Assembly (NCBI RefSeq): GCF_044704955.1
Contig: NC_091996.1
Coordinates: 21,328,001 to 21,392,000, forward strand
DNA from: Pristiophorus japonicus
Taxonomy: Eukaryota
Direction of reading: 5' to 3'
Length of the DNA: 64,000 nucleotides
This document shows positions 62,605-64,000 of this stretch, in pieces. The translations under genes and the position numbers were made by a program. Below the pieces are notes generated by a model. It was not told the origin of the DNA, made no database searches, and saw nothing but the letters and a program-made list of their open reading frames with translations. The first letter of the stretch is position 1. Each line of letters opens with the position of its first letter.

Positions 62605-64000
62605 GAAACATAGAAAATAGGTGCAGGAGTAGGCCACTCGGCCCTTCGAGCTTGCACCATCATTCAATAAGATCATGGCTGATCACTCACCTCAGTACCC
62701 CTTTCCTGCTTTCTCTCCATATCCCTTGATCCCTTTAGCCCTAAGGGCCATATCTAACTCACTCTTGAATATATCTAACGAACTGGCATCAATAAATCTC
62801 GGCGGTCGAGAATTCCACAGGCTCACAACTGAGTGAAAATGTTTCTTCTTCATCTCCGGTCCTAAATGGCTTACCCCTTATCCTTAGACCCCTGGTTCTG
62901 GACTTCCCCAACATCAGGAACATTCTTCCTGCATCTAACCTGTCCAGTCCCATCATTTTTTTTATGTTTCTATGAGATCCCCTCTCATTCATCTAAACTC
63001 CAGTGAATACAGGCCCAGTCGATCCAGTCTCTCATGTGTCAGTCCTGCCATCCCAGGAATCAGTCTGGTGAACCTTCGCTGCACTCCCTCAATAGCAAGT
63101 ACGTCCTTCCTCAGTTTAGGAGACCAAAACTGAACACAATATTCCAGGTGAGGCCTCACTAAGGCCCTGTACAACTGCAGTAAGACCTCCCTGCTTCTAT
63201 ATTCAAATCCCCTGCCATTCTGAAAAGAACCCGTTTATCCCGACTCTCTGCTTCCTGTCTGCCAACCAGTTCTCTATCCACGTCAATACATTACCCCCAA
63301 TACCATGTGCTTTAATTTTGCACAACAATCTTGTTATGTATGTGGACTTGTATTTACTTTGTACAGTCACCAGAGGGCTCATCCCCTGGAGTCCCAAGGG
63401 ATCCCATAATCCCTTGGGAGCACAGGTATTTAAGGAGGTTTGACAGGCTGGAGAGGCACTCTGGAGACCTGCAATAAAAGACTACGGTCACACTTTTTAC
63501 TTTGAGCTCACAGTGTTCAGTCTGACTCTTTCTCCATACACTACAAATCTCTTGTGTGGGACCTTGTCAAAAGCTTTTTGAAAATCCAAATACACCACAT
63601 CCACTGGTTCTCCCTTGTCCCCACTCTACTAGTTACATCCTCAAAAAATTCTAGAAGATTTGTCAAGCATGATTTCCCTTCCATAAATCCATGCTGACTT
63701 GGACCGATCCTGTCACTGCTTTCCAAATGCGCTGCGATTTCATCTTTAATAATTGATTGATTCCAACATTTTCCCCACTACCAATGTCAGGCTAACCGGT
63801 CTATAATTCTCCGTTTTCTCTCTCCCTCCTTTTTTTAAAAAAGTGGTGTTACATTAGCTACTCTCCAGTCCATAGGAACTGATCCAGAGTCGATAGACTG
63901 TTGGAAAATGATCACCAATGCATCCGCTGTTTCTAGGGCCACTCCCTTAATTACTCTGGGATGCAGACTATCAAATTTCCCTAACACAATTTCCTGATTA
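62605..64000 (-). mobile_element. CR1 LINE (family B), running off the window end
   Basis: QHGFMEGKSCLTNLLEFF, WIENWL, VRPHLEYCVQFWSP; CATAGAAA tail at ~62605. Confidence 0.92.
63332..63545 (+). mobile_element. Gypsy solo LTR inside the CR1
   Basis: TGT...ACA, TATTTAA and AATAAA; TSD AATCT (63327-63331, 63546-63550). Shares CCACCAGAGGGC/AAGGGATCCCA-like blocks with the 62205-62418 LTR. Confidence 0.9.

Overview
Repeat-saturated eukaryotic DNA with no prokaryotic features. It is very probably from a cartilaginous fish (shark-type CR1 LINEs with (TTCTTATG)n/(TTCTATG)n tails and Deu-domain SacSINE1-like SINEs; this is inference). Most recognisable sequence is transposable elements, often nested. 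These include two PIF/Harbinger elements (a HARBI1-type transposase pseudogene and two 3-exon Myb/SANT genes with identical intron positions), Harbinger and pogo MITEs, about 14 CR1 pieces, five RTE LINEs, L2 relics, a Penelope-like element with hammerhead ribozyme motifs, a full Gypsy provirus (58022-62418), a second Gypsy 5' end and solo LTRs. A CpG island at about 35.0-36.2 kb marks the promoter and probable first coding exon (MEAIIDVDSLLYFAASLHQGWLRVY) of a + strand host gene I could not identify. The most unusual signals are integration signatures: two independent RTE insertions with twin-priming-type 5' inversions, an RTE flanked by a ~150-bp duplication, and an inverted Penelope with a perfect 13-bp TSD. 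The promoter also carries three PBX/PREP/NF-Y-like decamers spaced exactly 43 bp apart. All alignments were done by eye. I found no convincing wholly new biological system.
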